DNA of 64,000 nt. Source: Octopus vulgaris. Taxonomy: Eukaryota. The notes below the pieces were generated by a model that saw nothing but the letters and a program-made list of their open reading frames with translations, ran no database searches and had not been told where the DNA came from. The stretch spans positions 75,206,001 to 75,270,000 of the forward strand of contig OX597821.1 of NCBI GenBank assembly GCA_951406725.2. The letters run 5' to 3'. Positions 1 to 13,392 of the stretch are shown here, one piece after another; position 1 is the first letter of the stretch; each line of letters starts with the position of its first letter. The position numbers and the translations under genes are program-made.

Positions 1-41
1 ACGCATTTCGCCCGGCGTGCTAACGCTTCTGCCAGCTCACA
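1..41 (-). mobile_element. 5' head of tRNA-derived SINE family B (cut by window edge)
   Basis: gcatttcgcccggcgtgctaacgcttctgccagctc matches the head end of the family-B copies at 7806 and 34542. Confidence 0.7.
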
Positions 42-242
42 GCATTGTAAAGTGTCAACTATTGATACCATAACAGTTTCTCTAGAACCTCTGCAACGGT
101 AGACGCGCGCACCCCCCCCCCCATATATATATGTATACACGTGTGCGTGTGAGTGTGTGTGCGTCTGTACATATGTAAATGTAAATATATACATTGACAG
201 AGAGGAAGAGAGGGAGCGGGGACAGAAATAGAGATGGAACGA

Positions 243-279
<37 letters not shown>

Positions 280-941
280 GATACGATTGCAAACAAAAGA
301 AAACAACACTAAATATGCAAATCGTATACCATAGAGAAAAAATAAAAATATTTACATTGAATATTTGACCAGGAGATGCTTAACTTTAAGTTTCGTAGAT
401 GCAAAGGAAACACCCGATCATTCGTTTGCTTACTTCCAAGTGCTGAGGGAGCTACAAAATCTAGATTTGGCTGATATGAGTTGTTATAATTTGTTGGTTA
501 AAATTCAAGAGCAAAAATAGAGAATACTTATAATCGAAGCACACTGTTACGAGGTTTTCCTGCTGGGTGTTCTTTCTTCGGACACAGCTTAATCTTTCAA
601 AATTTGGTTGGTACAGCCATACACCCCTTCTTTCTATCTATCTGCTCAGCAATCACTAAATTGCTGGGCTCGTAATGACCCTGAAGCAATTGTTTCAGAC
701 AACTTCTTTCAAGCTTACACGATGTGGATTCATTCTTGGTTTCCTATAGCACGATATCGATCTCTGCTCTAGCAAAACAATTTGTTATGTCAGTCTGGCC
801 TTCCATAGTACTTTGGAATATAAACATTAAAGGCTTTCTGTAGAAAGTTAGCCTCTTGTATTAGTATCAGAATATTAAGTCTCTTTCGAGTACCCACCCA
901 TTATATTTACCTAGAGCTACGGTGAAAAGTTCAGGGATGGT

Positions 942-2365
942 TATGAGGTGGTATGAAACAATTCCCGGACTAGTTCTGTTGCTGGCTAACAGATGGCAGC
1001 GCATGGTTGCGTGTTCAGTGAGAGCTGGCAGTCTCCTTCTTGATCCGTGTGCTCGATGACATCGCAAGTTTGAAATTTGTGTTTTGGGGATCACATTTAT
1101 GCAGTAGTCAACGATTTTGTTATGGACAGGAAGTTGGAACAAAGAGCCAACGTGAAATTTTGCGTTAAACTTGGGAAGTCTGATACAGAGACATTAAGCT
1201 TGCTTCGGCAAACTTACAGTGACGAGGCAGTGGATCGTACGCAATGTTTCGAGGGGCACGGGCGCTTCAAAAGCGGAAGAACGTCTCTGGTAGACGATAA
1301 GCGATCTGGAAAAGACCTTCCACTGGTGTCATCCCCGGAAAAGTGGGGAAAATTTATCAGCTTGTGCATGAAGATGGTCGGAGCACAATCAACGACATTG
1401 CTTACGTTGTTGGTCTATCGTATGGGGCTGTGAAGGCAATCCTAACGTCTGAACTGACATTGCGGCGTGTCTCTGCCAAGTTTGTCTCACGCCAGCCACA
1501 CTTCGTTTCACTTACGACAAAACTTTGAACACAGGTTAATCATTAAAAGGCCTTTGGCTACCCAGATCGCCAGACATAATGCCTCTCGATTTCTTTTTAC
1601 TCGGCTATATCAAGGACGCTTTGTTTGCAAAGAATTCGCGCACACTTGATTAACTGTGAATAGATATTACTGATATTGTCCAAAATATCCCACGTGGAGT
1701 TTTGATTAAACACCGTGTCGAAGTTTGTCAAGATCTTCGTCAGATTGTCGCTAATGATGAATTCTTAATGTCGAGGATCATCACCGGTGTCGAGAGTTGG
1801 GTCTATGGGTACGACCCTGAGACGAACCAGCAGTCGTCACAATAAAAGATCACTTCATCTCCACGACCGAAGAAGGCATGACAGATCCGCAACTCAATCA
1901 AGAGCATGCTCATCGTTTCTTTCAACATCGGCAGTATTGTGCAACGAGAATTCGATCTCCGAGCACTAGACCGTCAATTTAGAGTTCTACTGAGACGTTT
2001 CGAAGCGTTCGAGGGAGAACATTTGGCGAAAGAGGCCGGATCTGTGGAACGCGAAGAATTGTATTCTTCATGACGGCAACGCCCCCTGTGATCAAGCTCT
2101 CCTCACTCGTGCATTTCTCGCCAAAAACAACATGGTGTCGCTTCCGCACCCACCCTATTTGTCAGATTTAGCACCGGCGGCGGACTTTCATCTCTTCTCC
2201 ACGATGAAAAGACCAATCAAAGGTTTCCACATCGAGTCGCAGAAGGTCGTCGACTCGCTTCCAGAAAAAGACTTCCAAGCCGAATTTTAAAAGTAGCAGG
2301 AACGCTAGGTTCGGTGTAGTGCTACGCAAGGTAACTGTTTCGAAGAAGATGATGTTAAAACTTTG
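942..2365 (+). mobile_element. Mariner (DD34D) transposon, decayed transposase pseudogene
   Basis: TA plus TIR-like tgaggtggtatgaaacaattcccggactag at 942. ATG at 1122 gives MDRKLEQRANVKFCVKLGKS..ETL; later VSAKFV.R, IITG.ESWVYGYDPET, LHDGNAP and HPPYLSDLAP..DF. Many frameshifts and stops; right TIR not seen. Confidence 0.9.
1493..1707 (+). pseudogene. Fragment of a different Tc1/mariner transposase (DD41D/rosa-like C-terminus) embedded in the mariner
   Basis: From 1555 it translates WLPRSPDIMPLDFFLLGYIKDALFAKNSRTLD, matching the WPPRSPDLTPLDFFLWGYLK-type motif. It interrupts the mariner between VSAKFV.R and HRVEVCQD. Confidence 0.75.
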
Positions 2366-3175
2366 GTATGGTTTACTGTAGATGTTAGTACAGCATTCGT
2401 CCCTAATTGAATTTAACCACGATTTGTCTCCTTTTATTCCGGGTCATGACCAAAAATTTTCAAGATATTCTTGCGAACAAGTAATGTTTTTCTTTATTTG
2501 CTTCTGTAATGCTTGTTGACTGGTAACAAACTTGATTCATACTGGATTGCTCAAAAGTTTTTCTACGCTAAAGAAATTCTTCACTTCGCGTTCTGAATTT
2601 GGGCTCTTGAAAGGGGTTGGCCTGAAAAGTTTCCGGAGAGATTTGTTATTTTTTGTATAATATGTAATCGGTCACATATGAACTCGTCATTTCTTTCTTG
2701 TTTTATTTTCGCCGGTAACCGTCTGAAGTGGAGTGGCGGATTGTTGAAGTTTTCTTCAAGTTTTTAGGGGTTTTTTCAGCAAGATGCTTGTGTTTAGTTA
2801 TATCATTGGCACACATACAGCTGGCAGACACATTGTTTTCGGAGTAATACCAACTCTATTTAAAAGTATTTGTAGTCTTGTAATTTACATCTCATATCAT
2901 ATATTCTTTAGTAAGATCATCAATAACTTTCAACACGAGAGCTTTTCTTTTATATATTCGTGTTAAGAATGGCCTGTCGCTCAACGAAGGCATAAAAAAA
3001 TGGGAAAATGCTTTTACGAACTGTTGTTTGAAAATGTTCCTAAGCTAAATTTATTCCACATTCGTTGAACCATTTACGTGGAATGAAATACCGAGTGTTT
3101 AACTATGTTACTTACGTTATTTTCATCTTTCTTGAGAAAGATTTTGGTCAGTTTTCAGTGTTTTGAGAAGATCAA

Positions 3176-3567
3176 TACTCTTTTAGTATTTTACTTGTTT
3201 CAGTCATTTGACTGCGGTCATGCTGGAGCAACGCCTTTTTAGTCGAGCAAATCAATCCCAGGACTTATTATTTGTAAGCCTAGTACGTATTGCTGAACTG
3301 CTAAGTTACGGGGACGTAGACACACCATCATCGGCTGTCAAGCGATGTTGGGAGGACAAACAGACACACAAACACACACACACAGAAATATATATAAATA
3401 TATACGACAGGCTTCCTTCAGTTTCCGTCTACCAAATCCACATACAAGGCTTTGGTCGGCCCCAGGCTATAGTAGAAGACACTTGCCCAAAGTGCCACAT
3501 AGTGAGACTGAACCCAGAACCATGTGGTTGGTAAGCAAGCTACTTACCACACAGCTACTCCTGCGCC
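3176..3567 (-). mobile_element. tRNA-derived SINE family A, near full length
   Basis: Reverse strand starts ggcgcaggagtagctgtgtggtaagtagcttgc (tRNA-like head), has an internal (CA)/(TA) tract and ends with a gactgaaacaagtaaa..gagta tail. About ten copies in the window. Confidence 0.85.
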
Positions 3568-4143
3568 ACAGTAATAAGTGTAGCAATTATTATCAGTGAT
3601 ATTCACTTTTTGTGCAAAGAAACGACGCTTCTTGCCGAAGTTGTTTGCTGTAAAATAGGTTAAGTTTAGGGGAAATTTGTCATAGAATTCTTCTTCATGA
3701 AATAATACAAGGTGATTATGAGCATTTCCAGAAATCCGAAGTAGACCTTATTTTAAATGTGAAGAACAAATAAAGTGCGGAAAGTACTTATGTCTCATTT
3801 GAAATAACTCAAGGGTGTCCTAATACTGCTTTTGCTGTATCGCGATGTTGGTGCTGTTGACATCAACATCAGCCATGATCGTACGAGCGACATCGGTGTA
3901 AGATATGTTTTGTAATTCCGTCTGAATCAAGCTACGTTGGAAGGTAAAAGGTATTTTGCTTATTTATAAGTAGAGAGATAAAACAGAGACTTATTTAGGC
4001 GGCAGTAAGCATTATTGTAAGAAAACACTTTAAAAAAAAATGCATTTTAAAAAACGTCCTCTACGCCTGCATGTCTGATGTTGACGGTGCCATGTTATGT
4101 ATATATGTGTATTGCCTGTTTGTCTGCATGCATATTTGTAAGC

Positions 4144-4187
<44 letters not shown>

Positions 4188-5290
4188 TTATATGGGCCCA
4201 TCTGTCTGTGTAAGTGACTGTATATGCGTCAGTATATGCGTATTTATATGTATACTTATTTATATGAATGTGTGTGTGTATGTTTGCATAGTTTTGTGTG
4301 CGTATTTCTGCGTCTCATGCGCGTTGTTTGTACAACTTTTGTTGTATATGTACGCAAACAATTTTCGTGCGATATTAAAGATATTATTCTGAAATAATCT
4401 ATACGATACGCTATATAGTAGGATCAGTTAAGCATGCAAATATATTAATATAATTCATCGTCACCTATGTATACATTACCATAAATATTTATAGGATAAT
4501 TGATCAGCGGAATGTAGAAATATGGTGTACGTTCTCTTTTGGTACAGCCGTATAATAAATAATTAATATAAAAATTACAGCCTGTATCCTTCAGTTGAAT
4601 AGAGATTCTTATTGTAATTTTCTGTTAATAATATCTTGCTGGAGAATATCAGCTTTATATAAACTTGATATTTTACAATATATACTGCATTTAAAAATTA
4701 TATATGACCTTGTAAAGCATACCAGAATCATAAGAACTTACATGTTGGGGTTTTTTGTATGTAATTCGGGCTTGATTTTTTCTCTGTTTTTTTCTCTGCT
4801 TTTTTTCCCTATGATTTTGCTCGTATTGTCAAATCCTATTGAAAAATGATATCTGCATATATGTTATGATTGGAGTTTAATACTGAAATATTAATAAGCG
4901 TCAAAAGATTACGGAAAAATATCATGATTAAAATGTAGTTTATCCCTTACACTTAAATAATACCTTATTGATATTTTGTTAGTCGTAATGAATATACAAC
5001 AAATAGATTTCGTATCAAGAGAAAAAAAAATCAGAATTGATGAATAAGCATATCTAAGTTAGCGTGCCGAAGATGGTTGGATGGATTATTTTCTACGTCG
5101 GTTAAATTTACATTGGTTCATTAACATATATTCGAAACCATTTAAAAGACAAATCTATAACTAGGAATACTGTGGTAGGGGGAAGATCAATTTTAAACTT
5201 CTGAAGACGTCCGTACATACATGTAAGTGTGTGTCTAATTGCATAGAGTATAGATATACATGCCAAGGTGCACACAGACACACACACATA

Positions 5291-5324
<34 letters not shown>

Positions 5325-5615
5325 TGCATGCATTACATGCATACCTACATATATACATAAATATGTTCTTTGTGTGAGTACACAATAATTTTGTTTTGGG
5401 CGATCCAGTCTGTTTCATCTCTGAGTACACAGGGCCACCCCGTGTATTTTATTGATCTCTTGTATGGTAGCCTGTACATTATCTAGCGCCTGACATCAAG
5501 AACGGATATATATATGTGTGTGTGTGTGTGTGTGCGCGTGTATCTGTGTGTATGTATGTATGCATATATATATATATATATATATGTATATGTATACATA
5601 TATATGTATATATAT

Positions 5616-5695
5616 CTGAGCGTCCAATAATACTATACTTGTTCCACGTCCTCGCGTTGTTGTGTTTTCTCTTTGTGTTTTCATGTTTGGATTAA

Positions 5696-5698
<3 letters not shown>
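5616..5698 (+). mobile_element. Penelope-like pLTR fragment between (TA)n tracts
   Basis: ctgagcgtccaataatactatacttgttccacgtcctcgcgttgttgtg... is the near-exact reverse complement of 15097-15177, which lies next to a hammerhead motif. Confidence 0.6.
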
Positions 5699-5747
<49 letters not shown>

Positions 5748-6975
5748 TGTGTGTGTGTGTATGTATGTATATGTATATGTGTGTGTGTGTGTATGTATAT
5801 GTATATGTGTGTGTGTGTATGTGTGTGTACACACATAGTATGCTAATCAATGTGTACATTGAATGATTATAACGAATGCTTATTAAAAAATTTCAATTTC
5901 AATTTGTAGAATCTCTGTTAGGATTCAATTTTCTTTATGAACCCTTCTTTGAAACTGATCGCAGTTTTGTCTGAGGCGCTGCTGATAATGCAAAGCAATG
6001 AAGTCAGAAACATTAAAAAAACATTCTGTTCGATATTTGTGAACGTTCTTGTTGAATTACTGCCCTCAATTGATATCAGTTCTGTACCGTAAATAATCAC
6101 GTAACCTCTTAAAAATTCCAGTAAGAAAATCGAGTGAAGTGAGTGAACCTGAAAAAAATTCTACTAAAGCAAGCAGGACCATAAATTAAAAATCGCTTTG
6201 GGGGTTGCTCTATCTTGCTAGAAATAAAACACCACATCTTCAAAATCCTCTTGAATGCTCAGGATGACAGACTGTTGCAAGAAGTCCGAGTAAACGGGAT
6301 CAGTTACATCAAAATATGGATGGCTCAGTAATCCTTTTGATTATAAGCCCCACCATGCTTTGAGTCTTGTTAAAATAATATGAAGTTCTTCCGTTCGATG
6401 TGGAACGTCAAGGGTTGTAACTGTGGCGGTGATTTGACCATTTTATTTTAATGTAGCTTCATCTCTCCAATTATAGATCTTACCAAAATCCACTTGCAAA
6501 ATTATTATTCTTTTGTATGAATTATCTTCATTGAAAGCATGGGCTATAACTGGAACGTACCATTTTCAATGATAGCATTTTATAATTTGATGAATGCTTG
6601 ATTTTTCAAATTCCCATCTCTAGGCCCTTTTGTCGCAGATATTTTCTTGAAATTCGGCAATTGGCTATTAGTCCGCTTTCTTTCTTTGGCAGGTTCTTCG
6701 ATGTCTGCTACTTTCCAGAACATTTCTAGTGGACATTCACAACACTACCATCCTGAAATCGTGTGGGTGAATTTCTTTCAAACTTCTTCCTAATTTGTTT
6801 TTCTGCATCGACTGCGTCTTCGATCGTCTTATAACATTTTAACAGAATTTTCTTTTGTTCAAAGTTTAGTTTGGTTCCTTTCATTATTCATAATCGGTCA
6901 AATCTAATAAGAAATGAAGACGAAATGGACTAACATCTGTTCAAGAATGTATATATATATTTCTGGGTACTCTGG

Positions 6976-7060
<85 letters not shown>

Positions 7061-7805
7061 TGTGCATAAATACCTAACGTCACTTAAGACGTCCTTTTCT
7101 TTAAAAAAAAACGTATGAACAACAATTATCTCAATTTTTCCTTATTAAAGAATCGAAATCTTTTGATTTGTAGGAAGTATTCGGAGTTACGCCGCCGCAT
7201 GTACATACATACTCACAAACCTCCTCACACACGTTTTCTCTCTCTCTCTCTCACACGCACACACTCAAACACACACATATAAATATACATGTGGATGTGC
7301 GTGTGTGTGTGTGTGTGCATGTAGTGTATACCGTGACATGAGCAGCATATTGGATTACTTTGGTTGTTTCACAAATTATATAATATTGTGTAACATTCAT
7401 TTTAGTCGTTCATGCTTCGATGGCATCTTCCTCGCTCCGTTAGAGTTTCTAAACCTTCTACATCTTGATTCCTCACGTTGGTATATTGTTAGTTCTTTTT
7501 AATAACAAACAAACATGAGGATTATAACGATTTATTATGCTGCAACAGAATTTTTGCCAAGGAATTCTAGAAATATTTGAAAAAATCTCGAGGTACGATT
7601 GGCATTGAGAGTGGAAAGAATTTCGACATCACTTCCCAAGTCTGAACGCAAAACATAGACAGGCTTAGCTCAATACAGATTACTGACTTAACACTTTGCC
7701 GTTTCTGTCACCCCATCATAGTTTGAACTGACTCCCCATCATAGTTTTCTTAACTCACATAAATCTCATTAAGTTAAATTAGAGATGTGACTCGTATATA
7801 ATATA

Positions 7806-8030
7806 TATTTCTTTACTGCCCACAAGAGATTAAACATAGAGGGGATAAACACGGACAGACAAAGGAATTAAGCCGATTAGATCGACCCCAGTGCGAAACT
7901 GATACTTTATTTATCGACCCCGAAAGGATGAAAGGCAAAGTCGACCTCGGCGGAATTTGAACTCAGAACGTAACGACAGACGAAATACCGCTAAGCATTT
8001 CGCCCGGCGCGCTAACGTTTCGCCGCCTTC
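7806..8030 (-). mobile_element. tRNA-derived SINE family B with 17-bp TSD
   Basis: Body ...atcgaccccgaaaggatgaaaggcaaagtcgacctcggcggaatttgaactc (B box GAGTTCAAATTCC on the minus strand). Direct repeat gactcgtatataatata at 7789-7805 and 8031-8047. Confidence 0.9.
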
Positions 8031-8149
8031 GACTCGTATATAATATAAACACCTTCATAAGAAAATATGATACACAGCTGAAGATAACTAAAATAATTTG
8101 CGTAATATTAGACGATATGTTTAGTTCCTGTCATTTTCTCATTCACTCA

Positions 8150-8300
8150 CCACGGTCTCTCGACTATCGCGAGTGTTATGTTCCAACCACCACCACCACC
8201 ACCACCACCACCTCCGCGATGGATGCAAATCCGCGAAGTAGAAATAGTACTGTATATTTTGAAAAATTATTTTTCTAATTTATATATATTTATTTTATTA
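8150..8300 (+). mobile_element. Possible pogo/Tigger-like DNA transposon end fragment
   Basis: ctcgactatcgcgagtgttatgttcc...ccgcgat...aaatccgcgaagtag resembles Tigger-type left ends; recognition only. Confidence 0.35.
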
Positions 8301-8397
8301 TAGATGCAAAACAACACCACGGAGGAATCGACATCAGCTTAAACAATAAACCGTGAGGAGTTACTGTACATGTGTTGGTACATATATGCATCCATAT

Positions 8398-8502
<105 letters not shown>

Positions 8503-8571
8503 CATCTGTCTGCCTGTCTGTCTGTGTGTAGGTGTCTTTTGTCTTCCTCTTCATTGCTGGGAAATAATGCA

Positions 8572-8930
8572 ATGGAACCCAAGCTGAAACAATGCAACAT
8601 CAGGGAATCATTGATGGAGGAAAGGTGCAGACATTTCGACAACCGCAGAAGTCAACAGATTGTTTGGGGAGATGCTACCAGTGAAAAGTACAATGTGCAC
8701 AGTAGACGGAAATATTTAGAGGACATCTTCAATATAGGGATATCCGGTGTTAAGACACAGTGAGAAACCATCAACTGGAACCACTGACATGGATCACCTA
8801 CATGCAGACTCATTGAAACACGTGGGCAGACGATTCGAAACACGTGTGATTGCTACACGACACAACTGAGGTTCAGAAGAAAGAGGGAGACTTCAGCCAT
8901 TGAAAAGTGTGTGCCAATAGTATCTCGCTG
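8572..8930 (+). pseudogene. Old mariner transposase N-terminal remnant
   Basis: MEPKLKQ.NI.E.L.EE.C....RR.Q.V.GDAT resembles the mariner HTH start; KVCA..V.R-like motif near 8903-8928. Confidence 0.45.
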
Positions 8931-8939
8931 GTGTGGTGA

Positions 8940-9430
8940 GAGAGATGAATGCTAAAAGCTTTGGTTGAATGCTAGAAACTTTAGTGGGAGAAAATGGAGA
9001 GAAATGGCAGGTGAGTCATTTACTACTTGCTGATGATACGGTACTGCTGGCGTATTCGGAAGAGCAACTGGGGAGACTGATGGTGGAGTTTGGAAGAGTG
9101 TGAGAGGAGGAATCTGAAAGTGAATATATAGCTAAGAGTAAGATGATGAGATGTTCGAGAGATGGAATGGCTGGTAGGATGGATGTGAGTATAAATAGTG
9201 AGATGTTAGAGGAGGTGAGTGTTTTTAAGTATCTGCGGTCATACGTGACGGCGGAGGGTGGTGGCTGAGGAGGTGGGATACAGAGTGAGGGAGGGGAGTA
9301 AGATACAGGGAGTTGGGAAAGGTGAGCTGAAAGATAAAAGGTTGAGTGTGGAAGCGAAAAGGGGTGTGTATGAGGACGTGATTGTGCCGACAATGTTATA
9401 TGGTACAGAGACGTGGGGGTCTGAGAGATA
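8940..9430 (+). mobile_element. RTE-clade LINE reverse transcriptase fragment
   Basis: WQVSHLLLADDTVLLAYSEEQLGRLMVEFGRV...KVN..KSKMM...LEEVSVFKYL and AKRGVYEDVIVPTMLYGTETW. Confidence 0.85.
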
Positions 9431-9447
9431 TTCATGCGGTGTATTCT

Positions 9448-9491
9448 TTCATTGATGAATTAAATGAGTCCTGCGAAACGGCCGTAATGAA
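9448..9491 (+). ncRNA. Degenerate minimal type-I hammerhead ribozyme (Penelope-like)
   Basis: ttcat-TGATGA-...-GAAAC-GGCC-GTA-atgaa. Stem I ttcat/atgaa, palindromic stem III ACGGCCGT. C3 missing and stem II decayed. Confidence 0.45.
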
Positions 9492-9852
9492 TTGACACGT
9501 ATACATCTTTGTTATTCAGTTATATATATACATATATGCATACTGCAAAAAGCAGGAAAATGTTTGCGGTTTTTGCTTTTTGTCTTTTGAATAATTTTGA
9601 ACCGCATATTAATATATGCTCATATTCTCACTTCTGCATGACTGTACGTCATCCTGTCTGAGACTCACATCTTTGCAACGTCCTACTCGGACTTTTGCCA
9701 TCACTCCTGGACCATTTCACCAACATTCCACCCGGATTGCCACTGCAAATTTATACCATCATCGGACTTTCTGTACACATATATATATATAAATATATAT
9801 ATGAATGGAGAAAGAGAGAAAGAAGGAGGGAGAAAATCATAGACAGACAGAC

Positions 9853-9923
<71 letters not shown>

Positions 9924-10212
9924 CAGATAGAGAGAACGCTATCCAACAAAGAGAAAAAGTTAATTATAGACATATTTTACTGAAGTAGAAAATATACTTC
10001 AGTGGCCCACTGGTATTAATTTAGAAATATATCCTTCCAGTCTCTCATTTTCTCTCTTTCCTTTACTCTTCCTGCGTCTCTCTCTGTCTCTGTCTCTCTC
10101 TGTCTCTCTCTCTCTCTGTCTTTCTGTCCTCTGTGTCTGTATATATATATATATATATCGTCTCTCGCACACACAACGCACACACACATATACATGTGTG
10201 TGTATGTATGTG

Positions 10213-10261
<49 letters not shown>

Positions 10262-10682
10262 GTGTGTGTGTGTTCGTGTACGTGTGTCTGTTGTTCAGTT
10301 ATATGTGTTCCATTTTGCGATACTTGAAATAACCGAAACACGAAAACTGTCACCTCTTATCACCTCGTCGAAACTTCTAAAATACGATTGTGGTTCAACC
10401 CGTCAAGTGACAGTCACTTATACAATTCTGTTGAAACAAAAAAAAAATAAAGAAATAAATAAGTAAATAAATAAATATTTAAATAAATAAACTATAAAAT
10501 AGTCTATCCAATTCCAGCTGATATTTTGCCTCAAGTTAAATAGCTAACAATAGATCGGTTTTCCAAGTTTATCTGCTCACCATTCGTCACGTCACAAAGA
10601 ATGCTTCGACAACTGTCCCTTTAGAATCCCTGGTGGTAACAAAAAATCGTATTACGTTTGTCAGAAAGAAAGAAAATACGTA

Positions 10683-10725
<43 letters not shown>

Positions 10726-11157
10726 CCAACACACACACACACTCGTATATGCATACATATATTTAATCAGAAGAATTCGGATACCTCTCTGAGAAGAATC
10801 AAGAAAAAGAAAAAAAAATAACAGCAAGAATAAAAGGCTAAATAAAACAATAAAAATATTGTAAAATAGTATAAATTCTAATATTAATAACAGTAATAAT
10901 ATTGCACGTTAATAAAATATAGAAGTAAGAACAAAAAAATATCATCCAGAAAATTACTTTTATTTGGTGTCCATTCTGTGAAGCATTTACAACTGTAGCC
11001 ATTTGAAAAGAATATTGGCGTGCGGTTAATCTCTGTGGCTTACACAAGACAAGTCTGTGAGTTCTTTGAATGGTTTGTCTCTCTAGCAGCAACCATTACC
11101 GCTCACTTATGTCGAACACTTTTATTCAGAGTACCATGACATTTTGATAAATCCTAG

Positions 11158-11199
<42 letters not shown>

Positions 11200-11394
11200 A
11201 ACGTACGTATGTATATATGTATGTACGTATATATGTACACGCGTTCGTGCGTTCGTGTGCCTGTGTTTGTGTGTGTGTGCGTGTGTGTGTGTGTGTGTAA
11301 GCAAAACATTACAGATAAATAACTTTAGTGACCAGCAGCATGTACGTGAAAAGCTTACTCAAATACAGGTATACTAAATAATCTATCTATCTAT

Positions 11395-11700
11395 CCGCTC
11401 AGTCGAAGATGACTCTCGGTTACTCGTTGGATCAGTGTCCTCCATTCAGTTCTATCCTGGGCCGCTTCTTTCAGATTAGCTATGTCCATTCCGGTATCAC
11501 ACTTGATGGTGTCAAGCCAGCGGGTTCATAGTCGGCCTCTTCCTCTCTTGCCACTGACCATTCCGAGCATGATGTCCTTCTCCAGGGATTTTCTCCGCAT
11601 AATATGACCGAAATATGCCTGATCTGCTTAAGAACTTCTCCATTTATCAAAACCTTCTCCGCCCTAGCGATTGTGTCACAATTTCCAAATGGCAACCGGG
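11395..11700 (-). mobile_element. RTE (BovB-like) LINE 3' end
   Basis: Minus strand reads LEKDIMLGMVSGKRGRGR...RWLDTIK.DTG...LKEAAQDRTEWRTLIQRVTESHLRL, a typical RTE C-terminus. Confidence 0.85.
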
Positions 11701-12016
11701 AGTAGATTCGCTTTGGAAGAAAAGATAATCTTAAAAATCAAGAAGTCTCCAAAGTTGGCATCCCTTGGAAAAAAATAAAGGATAGGCGTATTGTCTGGCT
11801 TTAAGGGGACAGTTAGGCACACGTGCAATTGTCTCAATAGGCATCCTCAGCACGACAATCATTCTACGTTATTTCTAGTAGCCAAGATGGACTTAGCCGT
11901 GTGCAAACAATGAGATCACGTTTATGACCTAATTAATTTACAAAATGTAAACAAATGATTTCAAATACCTTGGTGTGCACAGTGGCGTGGATATATATAT
12001 ATATATATCGCCATGT

Positions 12017-12054
<38 letters not shown>

Positions 12055-12062
12055 TATTCCCG

Positions 12063-12113
<51 letters not shown>

Positions 12114-12513
12114 GTAAAAACAATTAAGATTCAAGTGAGTTCCAATGAATTCACATGAATGCGGTACTTAACTTAGATGCACCAGAAATCTGTATGGTAT
12201 TAGCCATAAAATAATGGATGGATTTACCTTTTCTGTGAAGCTAACGCACTTTTTAAAAAACCTTTTATAAAACTGTGCATCATTAGAGAACTTTTGAAGT
12301 CTGCTTACAATCTAACTTTGCTTTTTTATAGAACTCTCTTCGATACTTCATGAGTGTAGCCTCACCCCCTAGTATGTTTAAAAAATCATATGTGTTTTGG
12401 CTGATGAATACGGGACACTTGTATTTGCTGCAATATTTGCAGCTTTTAATAAAGCTGTTCTTTGTATGAAACAATTGTACTGAACAACTAAGCCATTCTT
12501 GTTGCTTTTTTCT

Positions 12514-12565
<52 letters not shown>

Positions 12566-13132
12566 AAATTTAGGGGACTGACCACTATAAAAATGGACAG
12601 CCTGTATGCTAGATATAGACGTCAAAATCGCCATTTTCCACGAAGAATGTGTTCTCAAGAAAAAAATTCCGCAAAAAAAACAAAGTGTAAAAATAAGTAA
12701 GACAAATGAAAATATACGAAATAAAATAAACCATTACCTATGTACTAATTAGTTTCACTTGTTAATATTTACGTATATGGATACACAAACATGTGCAAGA
12801 TCATCAGCATAGTCTGTCGTTTACAAAACACAATTTCCAGAACTAGATACAGAACGTTCGACCGAAATCCAGCGTATATAAAGTTCAACAAATTATCTCT
12901 CATTGAGCTATAAATAAAGTCACTTTTAAATGTGGCTCCCAATTCTATCATAGCTTGACATAGTGAATGTTCGGTATTATAAAATGGCTGTTCAAACATG
13001 ATGAATTATAATTATAGCTGTAAGCAGTATCATAATTGCTGAATTGAGGACTAGATCTTTAACGTAATACAGTTAGGTATAATAATATTCAATATCTGTC
13101 GCAGGCTGATGTGTTCTTTCAAGTAGATATCT

Positions 13133-13392
13133 ACTACACTTGATATTTCCCAACCTAATGATGAGCGTGTATACAATTTATGTCTAAACTCGTATATACT
13201 ACATACGATATTTCCCAACCAAATGATGAGCGTGTATACAATTTATGTCTAAACCCGTATATACTACATATGATATTTCCCAACCAAATGATGAGCGTGT
13301 ATACAATTTATGTCTAAACCCGTATGTACTACATATGATATTTCCCAACCAAATGATGAGCGTGTATACAATTTATGTCTAATTCCTGTACA
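13133..13392. repeat. 65-bp minisatellite, 4 copies
   Basis: gatatttcccaacc(a/t)aatgatgagcgtgtatacaatttatgtctaa recurs at 13142, 13207, 13272 and 13337. Confidence 0.95.

Noticed and set aside
400-770. Possible Gypsy pol remnant (LPSAE, LDLAD, PEAIVSDN)
   Set aside because: Only short, scattered motifs in different frames; too decayed to call.
2400-2760. Possible minus-strand Tc1-like remnant
   Set aside because: No diagnostic DDE motif readable.
6440-6570. Possible Gypsy RT remnant (IDL.K.HLQ, HGL)
   Set aside because: Weak similarity that could be chance.
12769-12999. DYADDLA on the minus strand and a 76-aa ORF
   Set aside because: The YADD frame has a stop three codons upstream and no other RT motifs are present.
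13133-13392. CRISPR array or C/D snoRNA cluster (ATGATGA in each unit)
   Set aside because: No unique spacers, no cas genes, eukaryotic context, and no CTGA D box or terminal stem.
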